Origin: Clostridia bacterium
GTDB taxonomy: Bacteria; Bacillota; Clostridia; Oscillospirales; CAG-272
Assembly: GCA_017396225.1 (NCBI GenBank)
Contig: JAFQMP010000063.1
Span: 1 to 59,688, forward strand
DNA: 59,688 nucleotides
Reading direction: 5' to 3'
The notes under the pieces were generated by a model. That model searched no databases. It was given only the letters and a program-made list of their open reading frames with translations, and had not been told where the DNA came from. Shown piece by piece: positions 1 to 9,610 of the stretch (within the stretch, counting starts at the first letter, position 1; each line of letters opens with the position of its first letter). The position numbers and the translations under genes were made by a program.

Positions 1-115
1 CGGCGCGGGCAAGTTCTCCGTGTTTGCGCAGCAAACGGCGGTGTTCAGCCGCCGAGGAGAACTTAGCTTTTCAAGGCACACAGTGCCTTGAAAATGTCGA
101 GCACCCGTAATACGC

Positions 116-149
116 AGAGCCCCCAATCAGGGGGCTCTCTTTTTTCTTT
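116..149 (+). terminator. rho-independent terminator after the truncated upstream + strand gene
   Basis: 9-bp GC-rich stem AGAGCCCCC (116-124) / GGGGGCTCT (130-138), 5-nt loop, then CTTTTTTCTTTC. Confidence 0.6.
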
Positions 150-264
150 CTGGGCGGATTACGGGGGAGCGCACCCGTAATCCGCGACAAGCACACTCGA
201 TTGCCATTCATCGCAAGCAACGGGCAATTTGTGAATCGTCCCTACAATAATCCTTCTTTCCATC

Positions 265-294
265 AAAAAAGCACGCCGTGCGGCGTGCTTTTTT
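265..294 (-). terminator. hairpin terminator (A-run/T-run flanked, bidirectional) downstream of the phosphoesterase gene
   Basis: AAAAAA-GCACGCCG-TG-CGGCGTGC-TTTTTT, 8 nt past the stop at 302-304. Confidence 0.65.
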
Positions 295-301
295 CTATCC
301 C

Positions 302-805
302 TTACAGCTCTCCAAGGCCTGCCAGCATCACGCCGTCACGGACGGTCAGCGTAGCAAACCGACCCTTGCGGTCGCCGAGCGCGCCGGGACAAATGATAAG
401 CAGCGGCTTTTTCAGCGTGCTGCCGTCGCCAAGCGCTGTGCCGGCAAGCAAAGTTTCTTCAAGTGCATTGTGCGTGTGCCCGTAAAGCAGCACATCGGCA
501 TTTCGTGCAGCTGCGGCGACAATTGCCGCGCCAAGCCCCGATTTTACACCGTATTTATGCCCATGCGTGTAGAAAATTCGCAAGCCGTCAATCATTTCCA
601 CGCCCTCGTCGGGGGTGTCGTCAAGCCCTGTCCAATCGCAGTTACCGCGCACGCAATAAACCATGCGCCCACCAAGCGGCGCAAATGCGAGGTCACGCAG
701 GCCGTCACCAAGAAAAAAGACGTGACGCGCCGCGTTGCGTGCAAGCACCTCGGCAACACGGTCGGGATTTCCGTGGCTATCCGAAAAAATCAGAATATCG
801 GTCAC
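302..805 (-). CDS. YfcE/MJ0936-family metallophosphoesterase
   Basis: 167-aa ORF with ordered calcineurin-like motifs DSHG, GDG, GNCD, HGH, GHTH; its start overlaps the stop of the upstream gene by 4 nt. Confidence 0.8.
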   Translation of the reverse strand: MTDILIFSDSHGNPDRVAEVLARNAARHVFFLGDGLRDLAFAPLGGRMVYCVRGNCDWTGLDDTPDEGVEMIDGLRIFYTHGHKYGVKSGLGAAIVAAAARNADVLLYGHTHNALEETLLAGTALGDGSTLKKPLLIICPGALGDRKGRFATLTVRDGVMLAGLGEL

Positions 806-1875
806 AGCTCAATCAGCTCCTTCGGTGATTTCGTCAGGTTCTCCGCCCTACCGTCGGCACCAACCACCACCAAATCCTCAATGCGGCAGCCGTATTTACC
901 TGTGAGGTAAATGCCCGGCTCCACCGTCACCACGTGACCTGCGGTCAGTACGGCATCACCCGCCTTAGCGGACAGGCGCGGTGCCTCGTGAATATCAATG
1001 CCCACACCGTGACCGAGCGAGTGACCAAAGCACCCCTCGTAGCCCGACTTATCAATCACATCGCGTGCCACCTTGTCGACAGCGCTGCAAAAAAGCCCTG
1101 CACCAATCACGTCAAGTGCCGCCTCCTGCGCGGCAAGAACAGTGCGGTAAAGACGTTTCATCTCATTGTCAGCCTTGCCAATCACCACGGTACGCGTCAT
1201 ATCCGAGCAGTAGCCCTTGCAGCGCGCACCGAAGTCCATCGTAAGAAAGCCCTCCTGCAGCTTGCAATCACGCGGCACGCCGTGGGGGAGTGAGGACGCA
1301 CTGCCCGATACGGCAATGGTATCAAAGGCAAGCCCCGATGCACCCATACGACGCATAAAATACTCCAGCTCCAGTGCCACATCAAGCTCACGCACGCCGG
1401 GCTTGATAAAATCAAGAATATGCGCAAAAGCAGCATCGGTGATGCGCTGTGCCTCGCGGATTGCGGCAATCTCCCCCTCGTCCTTACAAACGCGCAGACC
1501 CGTCAGCATTTCGGTGACACCAGAGGAAAGGGTGACCGCCTCCAGACCCTTTTTGAGCCTGTCAAAGGTTGCAACCGTCAGGTTATTCTCCTCAACCAGC
1601 AACTTATCCGCACCATGTGTGCCCAAAAGCTCGCGAAAGGCGGCAATCATACCGTCCTTGGGCACCAGCACGGTAAAGCCCTTGTCGGTCTCCTTTTCCG
1701 CCGCCTCACTGTATCGCGCGTCGGTCAGGAGATAGGCGGCATCGGGAAAAATCAGCAGATAGCCATCGTGAAAGGAAAAACCGCAGAGATAAAAAATATT
1801 GGCATGCGAGGAAATGAGCGCAGCAGCGCCCTTCCCCTTCAATTCCTGTTGAAATTTTTGCAGATGCGTCATCAC
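802..1875 (-). CDS. pepP: M24-family Xaa-Pro aminopeptidase/dipeptidase
   Basis: 357-aa ORF; creatinase-like N-domain plus M24 metal-ligand blocks (DFGARCKGYCSDMTRT, HSLGHGVGIDIHE, VEPGIY, RIED). Confidence 0.85.
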   Translation of the reverse strand: MMTHLQKFQQELKGKGAAALISSHANIFYLCGFSFHDGYLLIFPDAAYLLTDARYSEAAEKETDKGFTVLVPKDGMIAAFRELLGTHGADKLLVEENNLTVATFDRLKKGLEAVTLSSGVTEMLTGLRVCKDEGEIAAIREAQRITDAAFAHILDFIKPGVRELDVALELEYFMRRMGASGLAFDTIAVSGSASSLPHGVPRDCKLQEGFLTMDFGARCKGYCSDMTRTVVIGKADNEMKRLYRTVLAAQEAALDVIGAGLFCSAVDKVARDVIDKSGYEGCFGHSLGHGVGIDIHEAPRLSAKAGDAVLTAGHVVTVEPGIYLTGKYGCRIEDLVVVGADGRAENLTKSPKELIEL

Positions 1876-3029
1876 GTATCCTCCCCAAAATCAAGCCATT
1901 CCGACAAAATGGCATTTGATACCAGCATACCGCGCTCGGTAAAGGCAATTCGCCCGTTTTCTCTTGTCAGCAGACCTGCCGCCACATAGTGGTCAATCGT
2001 GCCGTAGATATCGGTAAAGGCAGCGCCAAAGCGCGCGGCAAACTCCTGTTCATCAACGCCCGCAAACAGGCGCATGCCGAGCATCACATATTCCTCTCTT
2101 GCCTCGTGCGGTGTAATCACCGCAGCATCAATCACAAGGCGGTCAAAATCCCCTGCCGTGACAGCATCAATATACCCTGCCGTATGGCGCGGTGCGGCAA
2201 AGCGCACCCCCTCAAAATAAGAGTGTGCCGCAGGGCCGAAGCCAAGGTAGGGCGCACACTTCCAATAGCGCAGATTATGCCTTGATTCCCTGCCTGCCCG
2301 CGCGTAATTGCTAACCTCATAGTGCGTGTATCCGGCTTTTTTCAGAATCGCCGCCGCCTGCTCCTGCATATCTGCCACCGTATCATCGGTAGGCAGAGCA
2401 AGTGTATCACGCATGCGGAAAAACGGTGTCCCCTCCTCCACGCGCAGGCAATATGCGGAAATGTGCGAAAGGTCTGCGCCAAGCAGGAAATCCAGCGTTT
2501 CTCCCAGGCTCTCCCTTGTCTGGTCGGGAATGCCCAGCATGATATCCGCGCTGATATTATCAAAGCCTGCCGCACGCGCGGCAGCAAGGGTTCTTTCAAA
2601 ATCGGTGCGCGTATGGGCGCGACCAAGCAAGGAAAGCTCGGCATCAATCGCGCTTTGCAAGCCAATGCTCAGTCGGTTGACGCCTGCCGCGCGGAGCCCC
2701 TCAAAAAGCCCCGCTGCGTTGGTCACGGGGTTACATTCCACCGTAATTTCAGCATCGGCTGCCACGCGATAATGCTTCCGCACGGTATCAAGAATCCCGA
2801 CAAGCGGCTTTGCACCCAGCAGCGTGGGCGTACCGCCCCCGATGTACAAGGTATCCACCGTATAGCCCTCTGCCCTCTTTGCCATAAACGCAATATGACG
2901 GCAAAGCGCCGTCACGTACGCCACGCGCAATTCCGCCCCTGCAGGGGCGGAATGGAAATCGCAATAGCGGCACTTGGCGGCGCAAAAGGGGACGTGGAGA
3001 TAAAGTCCCAAGGTATTAGTTGTCATCAT
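1872..3029 (-). CDS. hemW: HemW-like radical SAM protein (oxygen-independent coproporphyrinogen oxidase family)
   Basis: CAAKCRYC (CxxxCxxC) at the N-terminus, HemN-type core and C-domain; lies directly downstream of lepA as in many bacteria; ATG at 3029 (ORF track begins at TTG 3032). Confidence 0.85.
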   Translation of the reverse strand: MMTTNTLGLYLHVPFCAAKCRYCDFHSAPAGAELRVAYVTALCRHIAFMAKRAEGYTVDTLYIGGGTPTLLGAKPLVGILDTVRKHYRVAADAEITVECNPVTNAAGLFEGLRAAGVNRLSIGLQSAIDAELSLLGRAHTRTDFERTLAAARAAGFDNISADIMLGIPDQTRESLGETLDFLLGADLSHISAYCLRVEEGTPFFRMRDTLALPTDDTVADMQEQAAAILKKAGYTHYEVSNYARAGRESRHNLRYWKCAPYLGFGPAAHSYFEGVRFAAPRHTAGYIDAVTAGDFDRLVIDAAVITPHEAREEYVMLGMRLFAGVDEQEFAARFGAAFTDIYGTIDHYVAAGLLTRENGRIAFTERGMLVSNAILSEWLDFGEDT

Positions 3030-3077
3030 CAAGCTTCAGCACTGCCATAAAGGCCTCGGGGGAAACCTGCACCGAGC

Positions 3078-4835
3078 CTAACTGGCGCATCTTCTTTTTA
3101 CCCTCCTTCTGCTTTTCCAGCAGCTTCTTCGTACGGGTAATATCGCCGCATAGCACTTGGCAAGCACGTCCTTACGCATCGCCTTGACGGTTTCTCTTGC
3201 AATAATCTTGGAGCCAATGGCAGCCTGAATCGGAATTTCAAAGAGCTGGCGCGGAATGTTATCCTTCAGCTTTTCGGCAATACGACGCGCACGACCGTAC
3301 GCCTTTTCCTCGTGCACGATAAAGGAAAGCGCGTCCACCTGCTCACCGTTAAGGAGAAAATCAAGCTTAACAAGCTTGCTCTGCACATAGCCCTCCAGCT
3401 CATAGTCGAGCGAGGCGTAGCCGCGCGAGCGACTCTTCAGTGCATCAAAGAAATCGTAAATAATCTCGTTTAAGGGGAGCTTGTAGTGCAGCTCCACACG
3501 GGTGCTGTCCAGATATTTCATATCCACAAACTCACCGCGCCTGTCCTGACAGAGGTCCATCAGACCACCCACATACTCGGTGGGGGTAATAATAGAGGCA
3601 CGGACAACAGGCTCGTACGCCGCCTCAATCTCGGCAGGGTCCGGGTAATTGGTGGGATTGTCAATGCGCAGCACCTCGCCGTCGCGCTTGGTAATCTCAT
3701 AGATAACACTGGGCGCAGTGGTGATGAGGTCAAGATTAAACTCGCGCTCCAGACGCTCCTCAATAATCTCCATGTGCAGAAGCCCGAGGAAGCCGCAGCG
3801 ATAGCCGAAGCCAAGCGCAATCGAGGTTTCGGGCTCAAAGGTCAGGGCGGCATCGTTCAGGCGGAGCTTTTCCAGTGCATCGCGCAAATCACCGTAGCGC
3901 GAGCCGTCTGCGGGATAAATACCTGCATATACCATAGGCTGCACGGCCTTGAAGCCGGGCAGAGGTTCCTCGGCAGGGTTATCCGCCAGAGTCACGGTAT
4001 CACCTACGCGCGTATCCCCCACACTCTTGATAGAGGCAGTAAGATAGCCAACCTCACCGGCCGAGAGGGACGCACGCTTGGCAAGGCCAAAGGCGTCCAT
4101 CACGCCGACGTCCACCACCTGGAAGGTCTGTCCCGTGGACATCATACGAATGGTATCACCCGATTTCAGCTGACCGTCCACCACACGCACGTAAACCACA
4201 ACGCCGAGGTAGCTGTCATAATAGCTATCAAAAATCAATGCCTTCAGGGGTGCGCTTTCGTCACCCGAGGGGGCAGGAATATCTGTCACAATGCGCTCCA
4301 GCACTTCCTCTATGTTGGTGCCCATTTTTGCCGATACCGCGGGGCAATCCATGGCGGGAATACCTATGACGTCCTCAATCTCGCGTCTGGCGCCGTCAAT
4401 GTCTGCCGAGGGCAGGTCAATCTTGTTGACAACAGGCAGAATCTCCAGCCCTGCATCTACCGCGAGGTAAGCATTTGCCAGGGTCTGCGCCTCAATGCCC
4501 TGCGTGGCGTCCACCACCAGGAGCGCACCCTCACAGGCGTTGAGGGAACGGGAAACCTCATAGTTGAAGTCCACGTGACCGGGGGTGTCAATCAGGTTCA
4601 GGTCATAGACCTCACCGTCAGATGCGGTATAGGAAAGGCGCACCGCGCGCGCCTTGATGGTGATGCCGCGCTCGCGCTCCAACTCCATATTGTCAAGCAG
4701 CTGCTCCTCCATTTCGCGCGCAGTCACAGTCTGGGTCGCCTCCAGCAGTCTGTCTGCAAGGGTAGACTTACCGTGGTCAATGTGCGCAATAATCGAAAAG
4801 TTACGGATATGCGCCTGCTTTTTAGAAATTGCCAT
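3078..4835 (-). CDS. lepA: translation elongation factor 4 (LepA), 3' end apparently frameshifted
   Basis: [31 protein letters not shown]..., G-domain motifs DTPGH and NKID, LepA-specific C-terminal domain; ATG 4833-4835 preceded by GGAAGGAGG. The conserved tail continues in another frame to the stop at 3016-3018 (see finding). ORF-track residues upstream of 4835 are not coding. Confidence 0.9.
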   Translation of the reverse strand: MAISKKQAHIRNFSIIAHIDHGKSTLADRLLEATQTVTAREMEEQLLDNMELERERGITIKARAVRLSYTASDGEVYDLNLIDTPGHVDFNYEVSRSLNACEGALLVVDATQGIEAQTLANAYLAVDAGLEILPVVNKIDLPSADIDGARREIEDVIGIPAMDCPAVSAKMGTNIEEVLERIVTDIPAPSGDESAPLKALIFDSYYDSYLGVVVYVRVVDGQLKSGDTIRMMSTGQTFQVVDVGVMDAFGLAKRASLSAGEVGYLTASIKSVGDTRVGDTVTLADNPAEEPLPGFKAVQPMVYAGIYPADGSRYGDLRDALEKLRLNDAALTFEPETSIALGFGYRCGFLGLLHMEIIEERLEREFNLDLITTAPSVIYEITKRDGEVLRIDNPTNYPDPAEIEAAYEPVVRASIITPTEYVGGLMDLCQDRRGEFVDMKYLDSTRVELHYKLPLNEIIYDFFDALKSRSRGYASLDYELEGYVQSKLVKLDFLLNGEQVDALSFIVHEEKAYGRARRIAEKLKDNIPRQLFEIPIQAAIGSKIIARETVKAMRKDVLAKCYAAILPVRRSCWKSRRRVKRRCAS

Positions 4836-5019
4836 ACAACCTCCTTCCTGCCACCCATAGCCTGGGGGCACGGAGTTCCTTAAAATTACAGTTAAAATTA
4901 TAACATAAATATAAGTCCTCAGGCAACAGTTTTTTGAAAAAATTTCAAATGCACCGTTCATTTTCCCCTCCCGCTCAGGCCGCGCAACAATAAATGTCGC
5001 ATTTTTTACAAAAATCTTC

Positions 5020-5048
5020 TTGCATTTTTTTGCAATTTGTCTTATAAT
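5020..5048 (+). promoter_or_regulatory. sigma-70-type promoter of the oxidoreductase gene
   Basis: TTGCAT (5020-5025), 17-nt spacer, TATAAT (5043-5048), 42 nt upstream of ATG 5091. Confidence 0.5.
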
Positions 5049-5090
5049 GAGGGTGTTAATAAATTTCTTAAATTCGTAAAGGAGTACACC

Positions 5091-6170
5091 ATGAGCACAA
5101 AAAAAAGATGTGTTGTTGTTGGTTACGGCGGCATGGGCGGCTGGCACGTCCGACACATTTTAGCGGCAGGCGTCATTGACCTTGCCGGCGTTTACGACAT
5201 CAAAGCAGAACGTCTTGAGCTCGCACGCGAAAACGGCATTTACGCATACCCCTCCTTTGAGGCGGTGCTTGCCGACCAAACCGTAGACTTCATCACCATT
5301 GCCACCCCTAATGAATGGCACAAGCCCCTTGCCATTGCCGCGCTGGAGGCAGGCAAGCACGTGATTTGCGAAAAGCCTGTCACCCTCTCAACCGAGGAGC
5401 TTGACGAGATTATTGCTGTGGCAAATCGCACAGGCAGACTTTTTACCGCGCACCAGAACCGCCGTTGGGACCCCGACTACCAGATGGTACGCATTGCCTA
5501 CAAGAGCGGCAAGCTCGGCCGTGTCACCAACATTGAGTCCCGTTATCAGGGCTCGCGCGGCATTCCCGGTGACTGGCGCGGCAAAAAGGAGCACGGCGGC
5601 GGTATGATTTTTGACTGGGGCATTCACCTCATCGACCAGATGCTCGGCATTGTGGAAGACCTGGCAATCAAGCGCGTTTACTGCCACTGCGACCACATCA
5701 CCAACGACGAGGTGGACGACGGCTTTAAGCTTGACCTCTATTGGGAAGGCGGCCTCATCACCCGCATTGAGGTTGGCACCACCAACTTTATTTCTCTCCC
5801 CCGCTTCTACATTGCAGGCGTGGACGGCACCGGCATTGTTGCCGACTGGAAGGATACCTGCCGCCTTGTCCTCTGCCGCAGCTGGGAGGACAGAGATGCC
5901 ACCCCTGTCGTGACAGCCGCAGGCTTTACCAAGACCATGGCGCCCCGTGACGAGAAAACCACCTACGAGGAAATTATTGAAAGACCCGTGGTGGACGTGC
6001 ACAACTTCTACCGCAACTTTGCCGATGCGATTGACGGCAAGGCGACACAGATTGTCACCCACGCACAGCTCCGCCGCTCGATGCGCATTATGGAGGCTGC
6101 ATTTGCATCTGATGCAATCGGCGCTCCTGTTGACTTTGCAGATTCCCCCACCTGTGACCGCGTCATTTAA
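5091..6170 (+). CDS. Gfo/Idh/MocA-family NAD(P)-dependent oxidoreductase
   Basis: N-terminal Rossmann [15 protein letters not shown] motif (ICEKPVTLS); ATG 5091 with AAAGGAG RBS. Confidence 0.85.
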   Translation: MSTKKRCVVVGYGGMGGWHVRHILAAGVIDLAGVYDIKAERLELARENGIYAYPSFEAVLADQTVDFITIATPNEWHKPLAIAALEAGKHVICEKPVTLSTEELDEIIAVANRTGRLFTAHQNRRWDPDYQMVRIAYKSGKLGRVTNIESRYQGSRGIPGDWRGKKEHGGGMIFDWGIHLIDQMLGIVEDLAIKRVYCHCDHITNDEVDDGFKLDLYWEGGLITRIEVGTTNFISLPRFYIAGVDGTGIVADWKDTCRLVLCRSWEDRDATPVVTAAGFTKTMAPRDEKTTYEEIIERPVVDVHNFYRNFADAIDGKATQIVTHAQLRRSMRIMEAAFASDAIGAPVDFADSPTCDRVI

Positions 6171-6176
6171 GTAATA

Positions 6177-6213
6177 CAAAAAAGCCCCTCCGCGACGCGG
6201 AGGGGCTTTTTGT
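6177..6213. terminator. bidirectional rho-independent terminator
   Basis: AAAAAAA-GCCCCTCCGC-GAC-GCGGAGGGGC-TTTTT between the convergent oxidoreductase gene and the tiny-peptide gene. Confidence 0.8.
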
Positions 6214-6225
6214 TATGACGGGGGG

Positions 6226-6321
6226 TTAATGACCGCAGCAGCAGCAAAGAACAATCAGCGCAAGGATAATAATCCAGCAGCAGTTATTATCACCAAATAC
6301 GTTACCGAAACAGTTGTTCAT
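6226..6321 (-). CDS. 31-aa Cys-rich single-TM peptide (not in ORF track)
   Basis: ATG 6319-6321 preceded at 6-7 nt by AAGGAGGA; translates to MNNCFGNVFGDNNCCWIIILALIVLCCCCGH, stop TAA 6226-6228; followed by the 6177-6213 terminator. Confidence 0.5.
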   Translation of the reverse strand: MNNCFGNVFGDNNCCWIIILALIVLCCCCGH

Positions 6322-6409
6322 AAGAAGTCCTCCTTGATAGTTGAGAGAAGCATGTTTCCCTCCCTCGCTATTATTCTATGAGGATTTCTTAAAAATGTGT
6401 CGAAAAATA

Positions 6410-6847
6410 TCAATTTCCGAGAGTCAATCGCGCTTTCGTTTCACGAATGACGGCAAGCGCCTCACCAAGTGCCAGGGGCGCAAGTCCGCGCGTGGCACTT
6501 TCCATAGGACAAAAGCCGTCACCCGCACGATTGCGGATAGCAGGCACACGCGTTTCATAAGCAACCGCTACACCACCTGCCTCTAACACCTCAAGCGCGG
6601 CGTCGCTGACGACAAGGGCGTATATCTCGGAAACACCCAGTAAACAGTATAGATAAGCCGCCGCACGCCCGACCACGCGGTCTGCGGCAACACCGCCCGC
6701 AAGGGAAACGCCCGCATCAAGGAGCGCAAGCAGGGGGGCGACACCACGGGCACGGTCAGTATAAACGGCGTCAGCAACCGCGGCAACGAGGGTATAGCCC
6801 TCCCTTTGCAACAACGCCACGGCACCCACAAGATTCAACTGATTCAT
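6410..6847 (-). CDS. DUF1893 (TM1506-like) domain protein
   Basis: 145-aa ORF, recognised by eye from the ...VVGRAAAYL...GVSEIYALVVSDAALEVLEAGGV...IRNRAGDGFCPME pattern; 4-nt overlap with the upstream reductase gene. Confidence 0.6.
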   Translation of the reverse strand: MNQLNLVGAVALLQREGYTLVAAVADAVYTDRARGVAPLLALLDAGVSLAGGVAADRVVGRAAAYLYCLLGVSEIYALVVSDAALEVLEAGGVAVAYETRVPAIRNRAGDGFCPMESATRGLAPLALGEALAVIRETKARLTLGN

Positions 6848-7971
6848 TTTTTTTCAAATTCCGCCGCAGCCTTTGCCATCAGGTCACTGATTGCAAGGTG
6901 TTGCGGGCAAACTGCCTCGCAAGCGCCGCAAGCAAGACAATCGGAGCCCTTGCCGCCCGCTTCGGTATAAAGGCCGTAGGCATGGCGCGCATTCCACGCA
7001 ATCGATGCCTTGGCGGCATTCAGGCAGGCAATAATATCAGGGATTTTTACACCGACAGGGCACTCAACCGTACAATAATTGCAGGTTGTGCAGGGAATGA
7101 ACTCCTTGCCGCGCAGCAGTGCCACAATGGTGTCAACCGCCTCACGCTCACGTCTGTCAAGCGGCTTGAACTCGAGCATAAAATCCACGTTTTCACGCAC
7201 CATATCAAGGCTTCCCATGCCCGAAAGCACGACAGCAACGGAAGGAAAGCTTGCCGCAAAGCGAATGGCAAGCGAGGAAGGAGAGCCACTGTCCAGTGCC
7301 TCAACCACACGCTTTGCGTCCTCAGGCAGGTCAGCAAGGCGACCGCCCTTGACAGGGCCCATAACCGCCACAGGCTTGCCGAATTTTTCACAAATCTCAA
7401 GGCAAAGGCGGGACTCAACAATCGGGTCCTCAAAATCAAGATAATTAAACTGCAGCTGCACCAATTCAATTTCGGGGTATGCCGCAAGAATTTCCGCAAG
7501 CACTGCCGCCTTATCGTGGAAGGAGATGCCAAGATGCTTGATTTTACCCTCTTTTTTCAGCTCAAGTGCCGTTTCATAGGCGCGGCAGGCCTTGTATTTT
7601 TCAAAAAGGCTGCGGTCCTGCGCATGCATGAAATAAAAATCAAAGTAAGAAACGCCGCAGCGTGCCAGCTGCTTTTCAAACAACGGTCTGATTTCTGCCT
7701 CGGTTTCAAAGCAGGAGGTGGAGAGCTTGTCGGTCAGCACAAACGCGTCACGCGAATAACGCGCGGCAAGACAGCGGCCGATTGCCGCCTCGCTGTCGCC
7801 GCCGTGATAAATGGGTGCCGTGTCAAAATAATTACAGCCACGCGCCATAAAATAATCAATCATCTGAGAAAAACGCGCATCGTCTACGGTCTTATCCGCA
7901 AGAACAGGCAGGCGCATACAGCCAAAGCCCAAGCGATTTTTAATCCCGCACGCAGTCAAAAAATCAGTCAT
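6844..7971 (-). CDS. aldo/keto reductase fused to a C-terminal 2x[4Fe-4S] ferredoxin domain
   Basis: AKR core (LGFGCMRLP..., DTAPIYHGGDSE) followed by CTTCNYCTVECP and CLACGACEAVCP cluster motifs. Confidence 0.8.
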   Translation of the reverse strand: MTDFLTACGIKNRLGFGCMRLPVLADKTVDDARFSQMIDYFMARGCNYFDTAPIYHGGDSEAAIGRCLAARYSRDAFVLTDKLSTSCFETEAEIRPLFEKQLARCGVSYFDFYFMHAQDRSLFEKYKACRAYETALELKKEGKIKHLGISFHDKAAVLAEILAAYPEIELVQLQFNYLDFEDPIVESRLCLEICEKFGKPVAVMGPVKGGRLADLPEDAKRVVEALDSGSPSSLAIRFAASFPSVAVVLSGMGSLDMVRENVDFMLEFKPLDRREREAVDTIVALLRGKEFIPCTTCNYCTVECPVGVKIPDIIACLNAAKASIAWNARHAYGLYTEAGGKGSDCLACGACEAVCPQHLAISDLMAKAAAEFEKK

Positions 7972-8169
7972 TTTCCTACTCCCTTCGGATTCTTGCTTTT
8001 ATTTTACCATAAAAACCGCGCGGTTTCAAGTTAAAAATAATCGGAGCGGACAATTCGCCCCCGTCCCTGCATAAACAAAACTTATAATTCTATAATAAAC
8101 CATTATTTTACATCGTTGAACGTTTTCTATAAAATAATAGGTAGATTTATAAAAGGAGTGCACTACACA

Positions 8170-9450
8170 ATGATCCCTGCTATTATTCTCTTTGCACTAA
8201 CCTATGTGTTAATGCTGATTTTCGGCAAATACCGCCCAATCATTGCACTTACCTCAGGCATCATCTTCATCGCCACGGGCATGCTGCCCTTAAAGGAAAT
8301 TATCCCCGCCATTGACTTTAATGTCCTTTTGATGATTGCAGGCACAATGGGTCTGGTAGCCCTGTTTATTGAGAGCAAAATGCCCTCTCTGCTTGCCGAC
8401 CTCATTATGGAGCGCGTCCCCAATATTATGATGGCGGCGGTTGCCCTCTCGCTTTTCGCAGGCATTATTTCGGCTTTTGTAGACAATGTCGCCACCGTGC
8501 TGATGATTGCACCCGTTGCACTTGAAATCTGCAAAAAGCTGCACACCAACCCTGTCCCCTTCATCATCGGCATTGCCGTCGCCTCCAATCTGCAGGGCGC
8601 CGCTACACTGGTCGGTGATACCACTGCCATTATGCTTGGCTCGGCACTGGATATGACCTTTATGGATTTCTTCTGGTATCAGGGAAAGCCCTCTATCTTC
8701 TTTGCGGTGGAGTTGGGTGCCGTGCTTTCCGCCCTCATTCTCGCCTTTATTTTCCGCCGCGCCCGTGCCCCCATTCCCAAGGCAACCGAGCGCACAAAGG
8801 TAGAGGATTATGTTCCCAGTATTCTGCTTGTTGGCGTTATCGTCCTGCTGATTCTCGCCTCCTTCGCACCCGACGGCTGGAATCTGCCCGCAGAAATCAA
8901 CGGTCTGCTCTGCTGCGGCGTGCTGCTCATCGGTCTTGTCTACAGCTTCTTCAAAAAGAAAAACGCATCGGCAATCGTTACCCCGCTGAAATCAATCGAC
9001 TTTGAAACACTGGGACTGCTCCTCGGACTTTTCCTGATGATTGGCGGCATTTCCAATATGGGTGTCATTGACAAGCTTGCCACTCTGCTGGCACAGACAG
9101 GCGGCGGCAACGTCTTCCTGCTTTACACCATCATCGTCTGGGGCTCGGTGCTGATTTCCGCATTTATTGATAACATTCCCTACGTTGCCACCATGATTCC
9201 CGTCATCGGCGGCATCGCGACGGCCCTGAATATTGACCCTACCGTCCTTTATTTCGGTTTACTTTCCGGCGCGACCCTCGGCGGCAACATTACCCCCATC
9301 GGTGCCTCCGCCAACATTACGGGCATCGGTATTCTCCGTCACGAGGGATACACGGTACAGAACAAGGATTTCTTCAAAATCGGTATCCCCTTTACCCTTG
9401 CCGCAATTATCCCCGCCTATCTCTACGTCTGGCTGCTGTACGGCGTATAA
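8170..9450 (+). CDS. ArsB/NhaD (citrate-transporter-like) superfamily permease
   Basis: Polytopic membrane protein; FVDNVATVLMIAPV and ASNLQGAATLVGDTTAIMLGS blocks, repeated in the C-terminal half (FIDNIPYVATMIPV, GATLGGNITPIGASAN); ATG 8170 with AAAGGAG RBS. Confidence 0.75.
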   Translation: MIPAIILFALTYVLMLIFGKYRPIIALTSGIIFIATGMLPLKEIIPAIDFNVLLMIAGTMGLVALFIESKMPSLLADLIMERVPNIMMAAVALSLFAGIISAFVDNVATVLMIAPVALEICKKLHTNPVPFIIGIAVASNLQGAATLVGDTTAIMLGSALDMTFMDFFWYQGKPSIFFAVELGAVLSALILAFIFRRARAPIPKATERTKVEDYVPSILLVGVIVLLILASFAPDGWNLPAEINGLLCCGVLLIGLVYSFFKKKNASAIVTPLKSIDFETLGLLLGLFLMIGGISNMGVIDKLATLLAQTGGGNVFLLYTIIVWGSVLISAFIDNIPYVATMIPVIGGIATALNIDPTVLYFGLLSGATLGGNITPIGASANITGIGILRHEGYTVQNKDFFKIGIPFTLAAIIPAYLYVWLLYGV

Positions 9451-9473
9451 TCAAGCGCATCAAAACAAATCAA

Positions 9474-9532
9474 GGAAGCAGACAATGCGTGTTATCCTTA
9501 ACGGAGAACACGCATTGTCTGCTTCCTTTTTT
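9474..9532 (+). terminator. rho-independent terminator after the permease gene
   Basis: Perfect 20-bp inverted repeat GGAAGCAGACAATGCGTGTT / AACACGCATTGTCTGCTTCC followed by TTTTTT. Confidence 0.8.
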
Positions 9533-9610
9533 ACACAAATTTTAACTGTCTGACACAAAAACAACAGAAAATGGGGGTAAACTACACTTAAAAATCACAA
9601 GGAGGACACG

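Noticed and set aside
1-66. Possible 3' end of a + strand gene (frame 1, ...GVQPPRRT, stop at 64-66)
   Set aside because: Only 21 codons are visible, which is too short to identify or even confirm as coding. The terminator at 116-149 is the only support.
4836-5156. 107-codon N-terminal extension of the lepA ORF in the six-frame track
   Set aside because: Canonical LepA begins at [25 protein letters not shown], with a GGAAGGAGG RBS just upstream of 4835. The extension runs through an AT-rich promoter region and the divergent oxidoreductase start.
9233-9553. 106-aa ORF spanning the end of the permease gene and the downstream hairpin
   Set aside because: It is out of frame inside the permease gene, and its 3' part is simply the 20-bp terminator stem-loop. 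It has no RBS.
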